In this document: positions 1 through 9,953 of the stretch, piece after piece
Layout: each line of letters starts with the position of its first letter
Numbering within the stretch: position 1 is the first letter of the stretch
Translations under genes and position numbers: made by a program
From: an uncultured cyanobacterium
GTDB lineage: Bacteria; Cyanobacteriota; Cyanobacteriia; Cyanobacteriales; CAWCAG01
DNA length: 64,000 nucleotides
Assembly (NCBI GenBank): GCA_963803805.1
Contig: CAWDOD010000005.1
Span: 64,001-128,000 of the forward strand
Reading direction: 5' to 3'
Notes under the pieces: model-generated
What the model was told of the DNA's origin: nothing
The model's input: only the letters and a program-made list of their open reading frames with translations
Database searches by the model: none

Positions 1-47
1 CTTAGAAAAGATGTTATATCATCACAAAAGTAGGGATAGGAGCAATA

Positions 48-788
48 GTGATGAAGCAGCAACCACACAAAGAATCTAGTCACAATTTAATCTCCTTTTT
101 GGTGAGAAATTCGTTATTAACTTCTATAGGCAGCGTTGTTTTAGTCTTTCTGATATTTTTTATAGTACTTAAACAATTGGGTTCTGGTTTTTGGGGTAAT
201 ATTGCTGCTTTTTTAAACCTATCTTCGGCTGAACCAGAAGTAGATGTACCAACTTTAGTAGTTAAACAAATTCGTGGTGCTAGTGAGTTGACTACAGCTA
301 TTTTTACCATGGAAGCTGTAGTTCCTACTCGTCAAGATAGCAAGTTAGGACAGGTAGTTGTGGGTACCACTACTCTACTTTATGTGGCCCATGGTGAAGT
401 TAGGGCAGGGGTGGATTTAAGCAAAATTGAGACTGAAGATGTCGCCTATAGTGATGAAACCAAAACAGTAACTATTCAACTACCACCCCCAGAGATTTTA
501 GATAGCAAGATTGATGTAGATCGCTCTAAAGTTTATCATTATGACCGAGGTTTCTTGAATTTAGGCCCCGATGTTGCCCCCCAATTACAAACTTTGGCGC
601 AGCGAGAAACTCTTCAGAAGATTAGGGAAACCGCCTGTGATAAAGGGCTATTGACGGATGCTAATGAAAGAGCAGAATTGACCATAGAGAAGCTGGTTAA
701 TACAGCAGGATATCAGCAAGTTGAAGTTGTGGCTGCACCAGTTTCTCTAGAAGCCTGTCAAGCCCAGGTACAAGGAGTAGGGGAGTAG
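48..788 (+). CDS. DUF4230-like membrane-anchored protein
   Basis: N-terminal TM helix, then LYVAHGEVRAGVDLS and LPPPEILDSKID motifs typical of the family. Confidence 0.75.
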   Translation: MMKQQPHKESSHNLISFLVRNSLLTSIGSVVLVFLIFFIVLKQLGSGFWGNIAAFLNLSSAEPEVDVPTLVVKQIRGASELTTAIFTMEAVVPTRQDSKLGQVVVGTTTLLYVAHGEVRAGVDLSKIETEDVAYSDETKTVTIQLPPPEILDSKIDVDRSKVYHYDRGFLNLGPDVAPQLQTLAQRETLQKIRETACDKGLLTDANERAELTIEKLVNTAGYQQVEVVAAPVSLEACQAQVQGVGE

Positions 789-1152
789 GACGGGTAAGAA
801 GATGAGCAACTATCCCAACCAGGGTATCTCCAAGCCAACAAAAGAAAAAGGCTATGAGTTCTCCTTGATTAATTGAGTTAAGGTTTTGAGAAATGTTAAA
901 ATTCCCTAAGACTTTAAACTTAATTAACATTAAGTAAAATCACGTCAATTAAGCAATCAACTTCGGGATTGACCCTCTTTGGGACTTAAATTCTTTTATT
1001 CAAGGAAATTTCTGCCATATTATTTCACTTGCGCCTTGGAATTGCAAGGGATTTTGGTGTGAATGGCAAAAATCAGCTATCCCAAGGAGGTTTAATTTAT
1101 GAAAACAATATCAATCAGCTCTATAAACTAAGCAAACACAAAAGGAGGAATT

Positions 1153-3682
1153 ATGCGTGCAGTGTTGATGGCTGGTGGGTCTGGCACTAGACTAAGGCCG
1201 CTAACCTGCGATCTACCGAAACCTATGGTTCCGGTTCTTAACCGACCCATTGCAGAACATATCATTAATCTACTCAAAAGACATAACATTACAGAAATAA
1301 TTGCGACTGTTCACTATCTCCCTGATGTTATGCGAGATTACTTCCAAGATGGTAAAGATTTTGGAGTACAAATGACCTATGCAGTGGAAGAAGATCAACC
1401 CCTTGGTACAGCAGGATGCGTCAAAAATATTGCGGAGTGGTTAGATGACACTTTCTTAGTTATTAGCGGCGATGGCATCACCGACTTTGATCTCCAAGAA
1501 GCTATTGAGTTTCATAAGGAGAAAAAATCTAAAGCTACCCTAATTTTAACCCGGGTTCCTAACCCTGTTGAATTCGGTGTAGTTATTACCGATTCTGAAG
1601 GCAGCATTAAACGCTTTTTGGAAAAACCCTCTAGTAGCGAAATCTTTTCCGATACCGTCAATACAGGAACCTATATTCTTGAACCAGAAGTTTTAAACTA
1701 TTTGCCAGAAAACGAAGAATCAGACTTCTCTAAAGACCTATTCCCTCTCTTACTTGATAAAGGGGAACCAATGTACGGTTACGTAGCAGAAGGATATTGG
1801 TGCGATGTTGGTCACTTAGATGCTTGTCGAGAAGCTCAGTATGATGGTTTGCACGGTAAAGTTAAACTAGACCTGGCTTACGAAGAAAAGTCTTCTGGAC
1901 AGTGGATTGGGGAAGATACTTATATAGATCCTTCGGCAAAAATCACCCCTCCAGTCATGATTGGTAGTCATTGCCGCATTGGGCCACGGGTTCGTATTGA
2001 AGCAGGTACAGTGATTGGCGATAATGTCACCATTGGCGCTGATGCTGATCTTAAGCGTCCGATTATTTGGAATGGGGCAATTATCGGTGATGAAGCTCAT
2101 CTAAGTGCTTGCATTATTTCTAGGGGAACTCGTGTAGACCGCCGCGCTCAAGTTATGGAGGGTGCTGTAGTAGGCGCTCTTTCTGCTGTTGGGGAAGAAG
2201 CTCAGATTAGTCCTGGTGTTCGGGTTTGGCCACGTAAGAAGATTGAATCCGGAGCGATTTTGAATATCAACTTGATTTGGGGAAATACCGCCCAGCGCAG
2301 TCTTTTTGGGCAGCAAGGGGTTTCTGGTTTAGCCAATATTGATATTACCCCAGAGTTTGCAGTGAAATTGGGTGCGGCCTACTGGTTCTGTATTAAAACC
2401 AGGCTCTAGTGTGGCTGTATCCAGGGATCAGCGTAGTATTTCCCGTATGGTTAGCCGTTCCTTTATCTCTGGCTTAATGTCAGCAGGCATTTACGTACAA
2501 AACTTGGAATCTACGGCTATTCCTGTGGCTCGAACTATGGTTCCTAATTTGGATGTAGCCGGAGGTATTCATGTCCGCTTACATCCCAACAGACCTGATT
2601 ATATCCTTATTGAATTCTTTGATGATAAGGGTATTAACCTTTCCAAAGCTAAAGAGAAAAAAATTGAAGGAGCCTACTTTAAAGAAGACCTGCGCCGGGT
2701 TCCTATTCAAGAAATTGGTGATGTCTTCTATCCTAGTCAAGTTCTTGATGTTTATAGCAAAAGCTTTGAGGAACACTTAAATGTAGGAGCAGTGCGCAAC
2801 AGCCCTTCTAAGGTTGTCATAGACTACGTTTATGCAGTTTCAGGAGCCATCTTACCTCGCTTGCTAGCTAAATTTGGTTGTGATGCTGTTGTTCTCAATG
2901 CTAGCCTCAGTCAAACAGCCCTTTCTGCTGAAGATCGTGAAGGCTTACTCAATCAACTAGGGCAAGTAGTAGAAGCCCTTAAAGCTAGTTTGGGGGTACA
3001 AGTCTCAGCTAACGGTGAACAGCTTATTTTGGTGGATGAGTCGGGGTTGGCTATACGGGGTGAGATGTTAACAGCCCTGATGGTTAATACCATCCTGACA
3101 GCCCATCCTCGCGGTACTGTGGTTGTGCCTATCCATGCTTCTAGTGCAGTAGAGCAAATTGCCCGTCGTCACGATGGTAAAGTGATTCGGACAAAAGCTA
3201 ATCCTACAGCTTTAATGGAAGCTTCTCAAACTGATCCTAATGTGGTTTTGGGAGGAAGTGGAGATATTGGTTTCATCTTCCCCCAACTTCATCCGGGATT
3301 TGATGCAATGTTCTGCATTGCTAAACTCATTGAAATGCTCACTATCCAAGAGCGTTCCTTAGCTCAAATTCGTACCGAACTACCCCGTGTTACCCACAAA
3401 AGTTACACTATGCGCTGTCCTTGGACAGTTAAAGGTGCATTAATGCGTCATTTGGTTGAAACTCACCCAGCAGAGAAGTTAGAACTCACTGATGGGGTTA
3501 AAATCATTAATCCCCAAAATGATAACTGGGTTTTAGTCTTGCCTGATGCAGGGGAGCCTTTGGTACATATTTATGCAAATGGTGACGACAGAACTGTGGT
3601 AGATAAGGATTTAGCGGATTATCGCAAGCGAGTTCAAGAGTTTATTGATAAAGAAGAAGGTGTAGAGGCAACTACTATGTAA
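1153..3682 (+). CDS. Bifunctional sugar-phosphate nucleotidyltransferase (mannose-1-phosphate guanylyltransferase-like) / phosphohexomutase, split by one frameshift
   Basis: MAGGSGTRLRPLT..PKP NTP-transferase motif, hexapeptide repeats, then a PGM/PMM-like domain in ORF 2372-3682. Removing one T at ~2383 gives ...LGAAY-GSVLKPG. RBS AGGAGG before ATG. Confidence 0.85.
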
Positions 3683-3819
3683 TTAAAATTGCTCAGCATT
3701 TGGGTAAAGGTTAGAGGGTATAAGGGTAAAGGTTATAAAAAATCTCCTTCTCCTTCTCCTTTGCCTCTTACAATAATATTGAATTGATTAATATAATGAT
3801 ATTCATCGAATCTACAATT

Positions 3820-3833
3820 AATACACTTGTACT
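3820..3833 (+). promoter_or_regulatory. Putative cyanobacterial LexA box overlapping the -10 element of ssb
   Basis: AATACACTTGTACT is one mismatch from RGTAC-NNN-DGTWCB and abuts TATGAT (3833-3838). Confidence 0.55.
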
Positions 3834-3884
3834 ATGATAAATAAAACCAGTTTGCAGCAATAAAGAAATTGAGGAGAAAATCAC

Positions 3885-4409
3885 ATGAATACTTGCATAT
3901 TAATGGCGAAAATAATCCGTAACCCGGAACTACGCTATACCCCAGATAATCAACTTGCTATTTCCGAGATGTTAGTAGAGTTTCCTGGTCAAAGGGAAGA
4001 AGATCCTCCAGCTACCCTAAAAGTAGTAGGTTGGGGAAATCTTGCTTCAGAAATTCAAGAGAACTATTCTTCAGGCGATCGCGTCTTAATTCAAGGGAAT
4101 TTGAAAATGAACCTGGTTGATATGCCAGAAGGTTATAAAGAAAAGCGGGCTGAACTTAATGCTTCACGTATTCATAAATTAGGTAGCGACGATTTCAGCA
4201 CTATGGCTGCATCTCAACCAGTAACCACAGCTTCTGCTAATTCTGATAACGTAGTACCTTTTGATTCTTTCAAATCGACTTCATCTGGTTACGAAGATCC
4301 AGCCTTGGGGGTTTCTATAAATTCTCCAAAGCCAGAAACACTTTCTGTTCCTGTTTCTACACCTTTAGCTCCAGATCCAGACCAAGATTTAGATGATATT
4401 CCGTTTTAA
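3885..4409 (+). CDS. ssb: Single-stranded DNA-binding protein (cyanobacterial type with acidic tail)
   Basis: OB-fold start NPELRYTPD..., Pro/Ser-rich linker, C-terminal DDIPF. Confidence 0.85.
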   Translation: MNTCILMAKIIRNPELRYTPDNQLAISEMLVEFPGQREEDPPATLKVVGWGNLASEIQENYSSGDRVLIQGNLKMNLVDMPEGYKEKRAELNASRIHKLGSDDFSTMAASQPVTTASANSDNVVPFDSFKSTSSGYEDPALGVSINSPKPETLSVPVSTPLAPDPDQDLDDIPF

Positions 4410-4444
4410 ATGGCTAATGGCTAATGGCTAGTTGTTAATTGCTA

Positions 4445-5608
4445 TTATCGGTTCCCACCTTGATAGACATCTAAGCATACTTGAACAATACCGGTTGTGG
4501 CTGCTATGGCGATCACGCCGATGGGTAATAAGTTATAACCGGCAATGGCAACAACCAGCATAGTAGCCATTGCTGCTAACCTATGTTTAGTGCGAGCCTT
4601 ACAGTAGAAGATAACTCCAGTGCGATGGAGAATTGCTAAGGAAAAAAAGCACAATGCTACAGAAGCACACAGTAACCAACGTTCGGGAGTGGGTAGGGGA
4701 AGATTGCTAGGGCTAGATAAGGCGTGTTCTACCCCGACTCCTGTGGCGGCTAAACCAATTACTAAAGGAAGATGGATGTAAAGCCAAACTTGTAAAATAG
4801 CAATGCGTTTGGAGTTTTTGACCGCTTGGAGTGCGCTGCCACCGATATTTTCAAAGTAAATCCACCAAAGACTAAAGGCAATGGTGAAACCGCCCACCGC
4901 AGTAAGGGCGCTGAGTCCCTGCCATTCCATTTCTGCTACCCCATTAACTACCGCAATAATTGCTTCTCCTAGAACAATGATGGTAAACAGTCCAAATCTT
5001 TCTGGTAAATGTTCTGTGTGGGGCAGAAGTTGAACTTGAAATTTACCGGCACTTAAGGGTGTCGCAAAATCAATGATTAATCCTAAAACCCAAAATAGGA
5101 ACCGCCAGGGAAGAGGAATGAAAACGGAAATTAGCCAGAGGCAAGCGGCGATCGCAAAACCTTTAGCATAGTAAATTGCCAAACCTCGTGCCTGGGGAAT
5201 GTGCCACCCAGCCCAAAGATATTCAAGTACTAAAACTAATCTAGCGACGGCATAGGCTAAAGCAAAGCCTCCAGAACTAGAACCCAAACCATCATGGACG
5301 TTAACCGCTAAAGCTGCCATAGCTAACATCTGTATGCCAATTAGTAGGCGACGGATGATGTTATCACTATCAAAACGATTAGCATAAAAAGTAGTACCAA
5401 TCCAAGCCCACCATACGGGAATGAAAAGTAAGACAAACTCGAAAAAGCCTTGAGGAGAAATATGTTTGCTGAGGTGATGGGCAAGTTGAGATATAGCAAC
5501 AACAAAGACTAAATCATAAAATAACTCTAGCCATGTTGCATGACGAGGTTCATTTTCTTGCTCTTCGCTGATACGCAGGCGAGGGGGTGGTAGCCAACTT
5601 TTCATCAC
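4445..5608 (-). CDS. Low temperature requirement protein A (LtrA) family membrane protein
   Basis: ATWLELFYDLVFV and HLPERFGLFTIIVLGE signatures; multiple TM helices. Confidence 0.9.
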   Translation of the reverse strand: MMKSWLPPPRLRISEEQENEPRHATWLELFYDLVFVVAISQLAHHLSKHISPQGFFEFVLLFIPVWWAWIGTTFYANRFDSDNIIRRLLIGIQMLAMAALAVNVHDGLGSSSGGFALAYAVARLVLVLEYLWAGWHIPQARGLAIYYAKGFAIAACLWLISVFIPLPWRFLFWVLGLIIDFATPLSAGKFQVQLLPHTEHLPERFGLFTIIVLGEAIIAVVNGVAEMEWQGLSALTAVGGFTIAFSLWWIYFENIGGSALQAVKNSKRIAILQVWLYIHLPLVIGLAATGVGVEHALSSPSNLPLPTPERWLLCASVALCFFSLAILHRTGVIFYCKARTKHRLAAMATMLVVAIAGYNLLPIGVIAIAATTGIVQVCLDVYQGGNR

Positions 5609-5686
5609 AAAATATAATTATTATATGCTGCTAATACTAGGGAATAGGGAACAGGAAGATTTTTAATGAGGTACAGTTGATTGCTT

Positions 5687-6577
5687 TTACTTGACACGGT
5701 TTCCTGTTTCTTGCTTGCTTTCGAGGTTAGTAACTAATTTGACAAACTCTTTAATCTTCTCTTGATATTGTAGACCTGCTACCGTGGCGAGGTCATTATG
5801 GCCGGCGTTAGGAACTAGGTAAAGTTGTTTGGGAACTGAGAGGGCTTCATACAACTCCTCACTCATGGTAGAGGGAATGGTTTGATCACTCGTGCCATGA
5901 ATTACTAGTACAGGCATTTTTAAGTTCTTAACTTTGTCTATAGAGTCGAACTCTTGATGTATTAATACATTGGGAAAGAGGCGGTATTCTTTTCTAACCC
6001 TTGCCATGTCTTTCATAGAGGTGAAAGTACCTTGAACTATTAAACCGGCTATTTCTGGCTGTTTAACCCCTAAATCAATGGCAACTCCACCCCCTAAAGA
6101 ATGACCATAGAGAAAGATATTTTGAGGTTTAATTTGCCTTGTTCCTACTAAATAATCCCAGGCGATTCCTGCATCTTCATAAACCTGGGCTTCTGTGGGG
6201 AAACCCCCTTCACTACGTCCATAACCGCGATAATCAATTAGCAATACAGAAAAACCCATTCGTTGAAAACGCTTAGCGTGTTCTAGATTATCGCTAACGT
6301 TACCACCGTTGCCGTGGAGATAAAGCAAAACTCCTTTAGTTTCAACGTTAGCCGGAAGCCACCAGCCATGAAGACTTTCTCCCTCACCAACTTCTAACCA
6401 AATATCCTCATAAACCAGCCCCAAACTTTTAGGAGTGAAAGAAATGCTTTGGGCAGGAAAAAAAATGAGACGATTCTGCCAAAACAGCAAACCAACACAA
6501 ATTCCTACATAAGCGATCGCTAAAAAAGTACTAATACTGAGTAATAACTTATTCAAAGCAAGTCTCCTCTTGACCAT
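5687..6577 (-). CDS. Alpha/beta hydrolase with N-terminal membrane anchor
   Basis: LYLHGNGG, DYRGYG, GHSLGG nucleophile elbow, HGTSD, AGHND. Confidence 0.9.
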   Translation of the reverse strand: MVKRRLALNKLLLSISTFLAIAYVGICVGLLFWQNRLIFFPAQSISFTPKSLGLVYEDIWLEVGEGESLHGWWLPANVETKGVLLYLHGNGGNVSDNLEHAKRFQRMGFSVLLIDYRGYGRSEGGFPTEAQVYEDAGIAWDYLVGTRQIKPQNIFLYGHSLGGGVAIDLGVKQPEIAGLIVQGTFTSMKDMARVRKEYRLFPNVLIHQEFDSIDKVKNLKMPVLVIHGTSDQTIPSTMSEELYEALSVPKQLYLVPNAGHNDLATVAGLQYQEKIKEFVKLVTNLESKQETGNRVK

Positions 6578-7154
6578 GCAAAGGAGACAATCCCTCCCAT
6601 AACAAAGAGATTGTCTCCTTTACATAGCTGTCAACTTTGGTTTTCGGCGTTCCAATCGTCTCATACAAGGCAATATTATGTAAGTTAGCCAGCAAGACAT
6701 CACCAGCAACAACAACTTTATTCTGCCCAACTCGCCCTAATTTTGATTCCTCAAGGAGATAATCTAATAGTCTCTCTTTAAGTTCCATAGCTGGTACACT
6801 ATGTTTTTCTGAGAAAGTTTCCATATTGAATGATGGATGGCTGATAAGTGTTAAAAAAACTGGCATTACCTCACGGAAGTAATCAATAATCCTCAAACTC
6901 ATATACTCAAGGTTTTCAATTACTGTTGCTTCTCCGACTTTAATAGAGAATATCGCATCAAGTTCCGCCTTGGGTAATTTCATAGCTGCGAAAAAAAAAT
7001 CTTCCTTTGTACCAAAACGTTGATAAATAACAGCTTCAGAAATACCAGCCCCTTTCGCAATATCTCGTGTTGAGGTGTTGATACCCTTGTCCAGAAAGAG
7101 TTTACGGGCTACAGCTAGAATTTCCTCATCAGTTATGGTTTTGTTACGGGGCAT
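6549..7154 (-). CDS. TetR/AcrR family transcriptional regulator
   Basis: N-terminal HTH TSTRDIAKGAGISEAVIYQRFGTKEDF. Confidence 0.9.
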   Translation of the reverse strand: MPRNKTITDEEILAVARKLFLDKGINTSTRDIAKGAGISEAVIYQRFGTKEDFFFAAMKLPKAELDAIFSIKVGEATVIENLEYMSLRIIDYFREVMPVFLTLISHPSFNMETFSEKHSVPAMELKERLLDYLLEESKLGRVGQNKVVVAGDVLLANLHNIALYETIGTPKTKVDSYVKETISLLWEGLSPLHGQEETCFE

Positions 7155-7267
7155 CGGAATTATAGTTAAGAAAGCTCTAATTGCTAGTTGCTAACTCAAT
7201 TGTTTCATACATATAAGCTTTGATGGACTTTTGCTATGCTTATGACCGATAAACTATTGCTTAATAA

Positions 7268-7606
7268 TTAAATGACAATGCCATGTTGATGACGAATTTC
7301 CTTAATTGGTTGCTTTTTAAGTTTTTCAATCTCTTCTAAGGCTAACCTTTTTTTCATCTGTGAACATTTGAGCAAAATGCTGAGAATACGCGGAAAACAG
7401 CTTAACCAAATATTCAGTAATTTTAAGTGGCCGATTCCTGAAAGAACATTACCATGTTCTTGGTTGGCAACAACTTGTTGCATTTCACTCAGCTTTGCAG
7501 TTGTACCAAAAAGCGTCCATATATGCGCTGCAATTTCATCTTCTATTGTGGTGGTACTGCAAGCAAATAACAGATGTACGGCATCGTGTTGTTCAAAACT
7601 GCTCAA
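7268..7606 (-). pseudogene. 5'-truncated protein with HDxxH..E metal motif (Coq4-like)
   Basis: FEQHDAVHLLF...EDEIAA begins within a few codons of a TTG start and abuts an IS630 remnant where the 5' end should be. Confidence 0.5.
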
Positions 7607-7731
7607 GCACGAAGCTATCGGGAGCTTTTAGAAGCTATAGAACGAGGTTTGCAATCCATTTCTTCTACTGATATTCTCCACTGGTTTACACACTGTTGCT
7701 ATTGTCCTTTATGACAACGGAAACTGCTATA
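7601..7731 (+). mobile_element. IS630-family right-end remnant (transposase C-terminus plus terminal repeat)
   Basis: 7601-7714 translates AQARSYRELLEAIERGLQSISSTDILHWFTHCCYCPL*, matching the WFTHCCYC tail of cyanobacterial IS630 transposases, followed by GGAAACTGCTATA ending in TA. Confidence 0.8.
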
Positions 7732-7772
7732 TACAGTTTAAATGCACATCAGCTTAGGACAAAAACTATTAA

Positions 7773-8426
7773 CTATTTCGCTGTTGCCTCACGCTGTTGT
7801 TTAAGATAGGCAAATACTGACTTATCACCAATATCTGGCGGAATAGGTTGTATACTTTTGCGTATAGCAAATACCAGGTAAAGAATAGCCCAGGTAGCTA
7901 ACAAAGTTTGTTCGGCTGCCAGGGGGAACATATTTGACATATGCCCTAGTAAAAGTAAGGGGATTAAAGGAGTAAGAACTTTAGTTTCTAAACGGTTAAA
8001 ACAGAAGGCTTCTTTGAAGAAAATTCCTGTTAAAGCAGCAAAAAGAAAACCAACACCAAAGATTGTTAAAGGATGATTGTATACAAAAGAAGCTAAGGAA
8101 TAATCACTTTTCCAAGCTAATATTCCTGAAGCGATCGTCCCTACTAACCAAAAGCCTTGGAGAAGGCGATGTAAAGGTTTGAGATAAATATGAATAGTCG
8201 TTAAACTAACTCCTAAACCAAGGATGAAAATCCCGAATAATAAATTAGTTATTAATGAGATAGTTGGAGTAATTCCTTGCCACAGTACTAAACCACTACC
8301 CACTGCAAAACTTACAGCAGATGCAATTAAACCACTACGATAAATAATCACTTCCCGGCGATCACGCTCATTAATAGTAAATTCTCCAAATTGCCCCTGA
8401 TATATTTCTGTTTCTAAAGTAGTCAT
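7773..8426 (-). CDS. DUF2301-like integral membrane protein
   Basis: YQGQFGEF, IHIYLKPLH, FKEAFCF, DIGDKSVF motifs. Start moved to ATG 8426 because the upstream extension is a heptamer repeat. Confidence 0.85.
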   Translation of the reverse strand: MTTLETEIYQGQFGEFTINERDRREVIIYRSGLIASAVSFAVGSGLVLWQGITPTISLITNLLFGIFILGLGVSLTTIHIYLKPLHRLLQGFWLVGTIASGILAWKSDYSLASFVYNHPLTIFGVGFLFAALTGIFFKEAFCFNRLETKVLTPLIPLLLLGHMSNMFPLAAEQTLLATWAILYLVFAIRKSIQPIPPDIGDKSVFAYLKQQREATAK

Positions 8427-8433
8427 TTTTTTA

Positions 8434-8461
8434 TTATCAATTATCAATTATCAATTATCAA
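8434..8461. repeat. Heptamer tandem repeat (TTATCAA)x4, STRR type
   Basis: Read directly. Confidence 0.9.
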
Positions 8462-8465
8462 TTAC

Positions 8466-9794
8466 TTAAGCTAGCCAAGCACGAATCTTTTGTACTAGCC
8501 AAATCAGTTCTGCTTCTTTTAATCTTTTACCAAAGTAGTTTTTATTAAATAATTCTGTATGGGATGGGTTAGAGACAATAATAATGCCTCTGGCATTAGA
8601 AGAAGAACTTAGATAGTAAATGGAAACATCCTGAATTGCTTTAGTTATGCCGACTTGTTTACTGAGGTAAAAACCTAGAAACTTCTTGCTAATTGTAAAA
8701 GTGTCTTGGGATAATTCTAGTCTGGTTTCCGCAAACAGGGGTTCTTTAGTCAGAATTAATATTAATAAGACTAAACCTATAGGTGGCGCAACAAATAACA
8801 AACAGGCTAAAACAACAATTGTTACTGGTGCAGGTATTTTATCAAACTTTAAACGTGGAGGAATAATAATCTTTAATTGTTCTGGAGTTTGAGCAATCTT
8901 AATGGTAGTTTTAACAGGGGGAGGCAGTTGACCAAGATTATAGTAGGAAGATGCGGGAATAGCTTCTGTTTCTGCTTCTAGGGCTTGTAAAGCTTGGGTG
9001 GCAGATTGAAAGCGGTTTTCTGGGGCTGGTTGGGTGGCTTTTTCTAACCAACTGATAAAATTGCTGCTCACGCTTTGTTGAGAGAGGCGATCGCGAAATT
9101 GCAACTTTAATTCTTTTTGGGGTATATCTCCTGGGGCAACACCCCCTAAAAGATGAATAATCGTTGCCCCCAAAGCATAGAGATCCGAAGCAGGAATTGC
9201 TCTTCCGCCGTATTGTTCCATAGGTGCATAGCCGTAGGTTCCTACAATCGTAAAAGTTACCCCTTCGGTAGCGGCTTTGTCTTGAACTGCACCAAAATCC
9301 ACTAAATATATTTGGTCATTTTCTCCTAAAATCAAATTACTCGGCTTAATATCGCGATGAAGTAAAATGGGATTGAGGCTATGAAGATAAATGAGAATTT
9401 CTAGAATCTCTTTAGTTATTTGCTGAACTTTAGCTTCAGTTAATCTTTTGCTTTCATTTAATAACTGTTTAAGGGAAGAACCAGGAATATATTCTTGTAC
9501 TAACCCAAACCAAAGAAAGCGATCATCTACAGAAAAGTAATCATAATATTTCGGTATTTGACTATTCTGAAGCTGCTGAAGAATCTTTGCTTCTCTTTCA
9601 AAAAGTTTGAGGTCGTCCCATTGAACATCTCCACCAAAGGCAAGTAACTTCACCACAGACAAGCGTTCAGGTATCTGCAAATCTTCAGCTAACCACGTTT
9701 GTCTTCCGGCATTTTGACCTAACTTTTTAATTAGTTTGTAGCGATTATGTAAGATTTGTTGTGCTGCAAGCATAATATCTAAGCTGTTAGGCAT
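8466..9794 (-). CDS. Hanks-type Ser/Thr protein kinase with C-terminal TM region
   Basis: VVKLL, HRDIKPSN, DFGA, GTYGYAPMEQ, SDLYALG. Confidence 0.92.
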   Translation of the reverse strand: MPNSLDIMLAAQQILHNRYKLIKKLGQNAGRQTWLAEDLQIPERLSVVKLLAFGGDVQWDDLKLFEREAKILQQLQNSQIPKYYDYFSVDDRFLWFGLVQEYIPGSSLKQLLNESKRLTEAKVQQITKEILEILIYLHSLNPILLHRDIKPSNLILGENDQIYLVDFGAVQDKAATEGVTFTIVGTYGYAPMEQYGGRAIPASDLYALGATIIHLLGGVAPGDIPQKELKLQFRDRLSQQSVSSNFISWLEKATQPAPENRFQSATQALQALEAETEAIPASSYYNLGQLPPPVKTTIKIAQTPEQLKIIIPPRLKFDKIPAPVTIVVLACLLFVAPPIGLVLLILILTKEPLFAETRLELSQDTFTISKKFLGFYLSKQVGITKAIQDVSIYYLSSSSNARGIIIVSNPSHTELFNKNYFGKRLKEAELIWLVQKIRAWLA

Positions 9795-9953
9795 TTAGAT
9801 TAGTTATTAGGGTCAGGAAATAGGGAAAAACCTAAGATTCAGTTCTATAAATTATTGATAAACGCTACTATTACCATCATAGTCTATCAATTTAACCAAC
9901 GAGCTAACACTGATAAATGTTTAATATTCAATGATAAATGGTATTAGCTGCCT

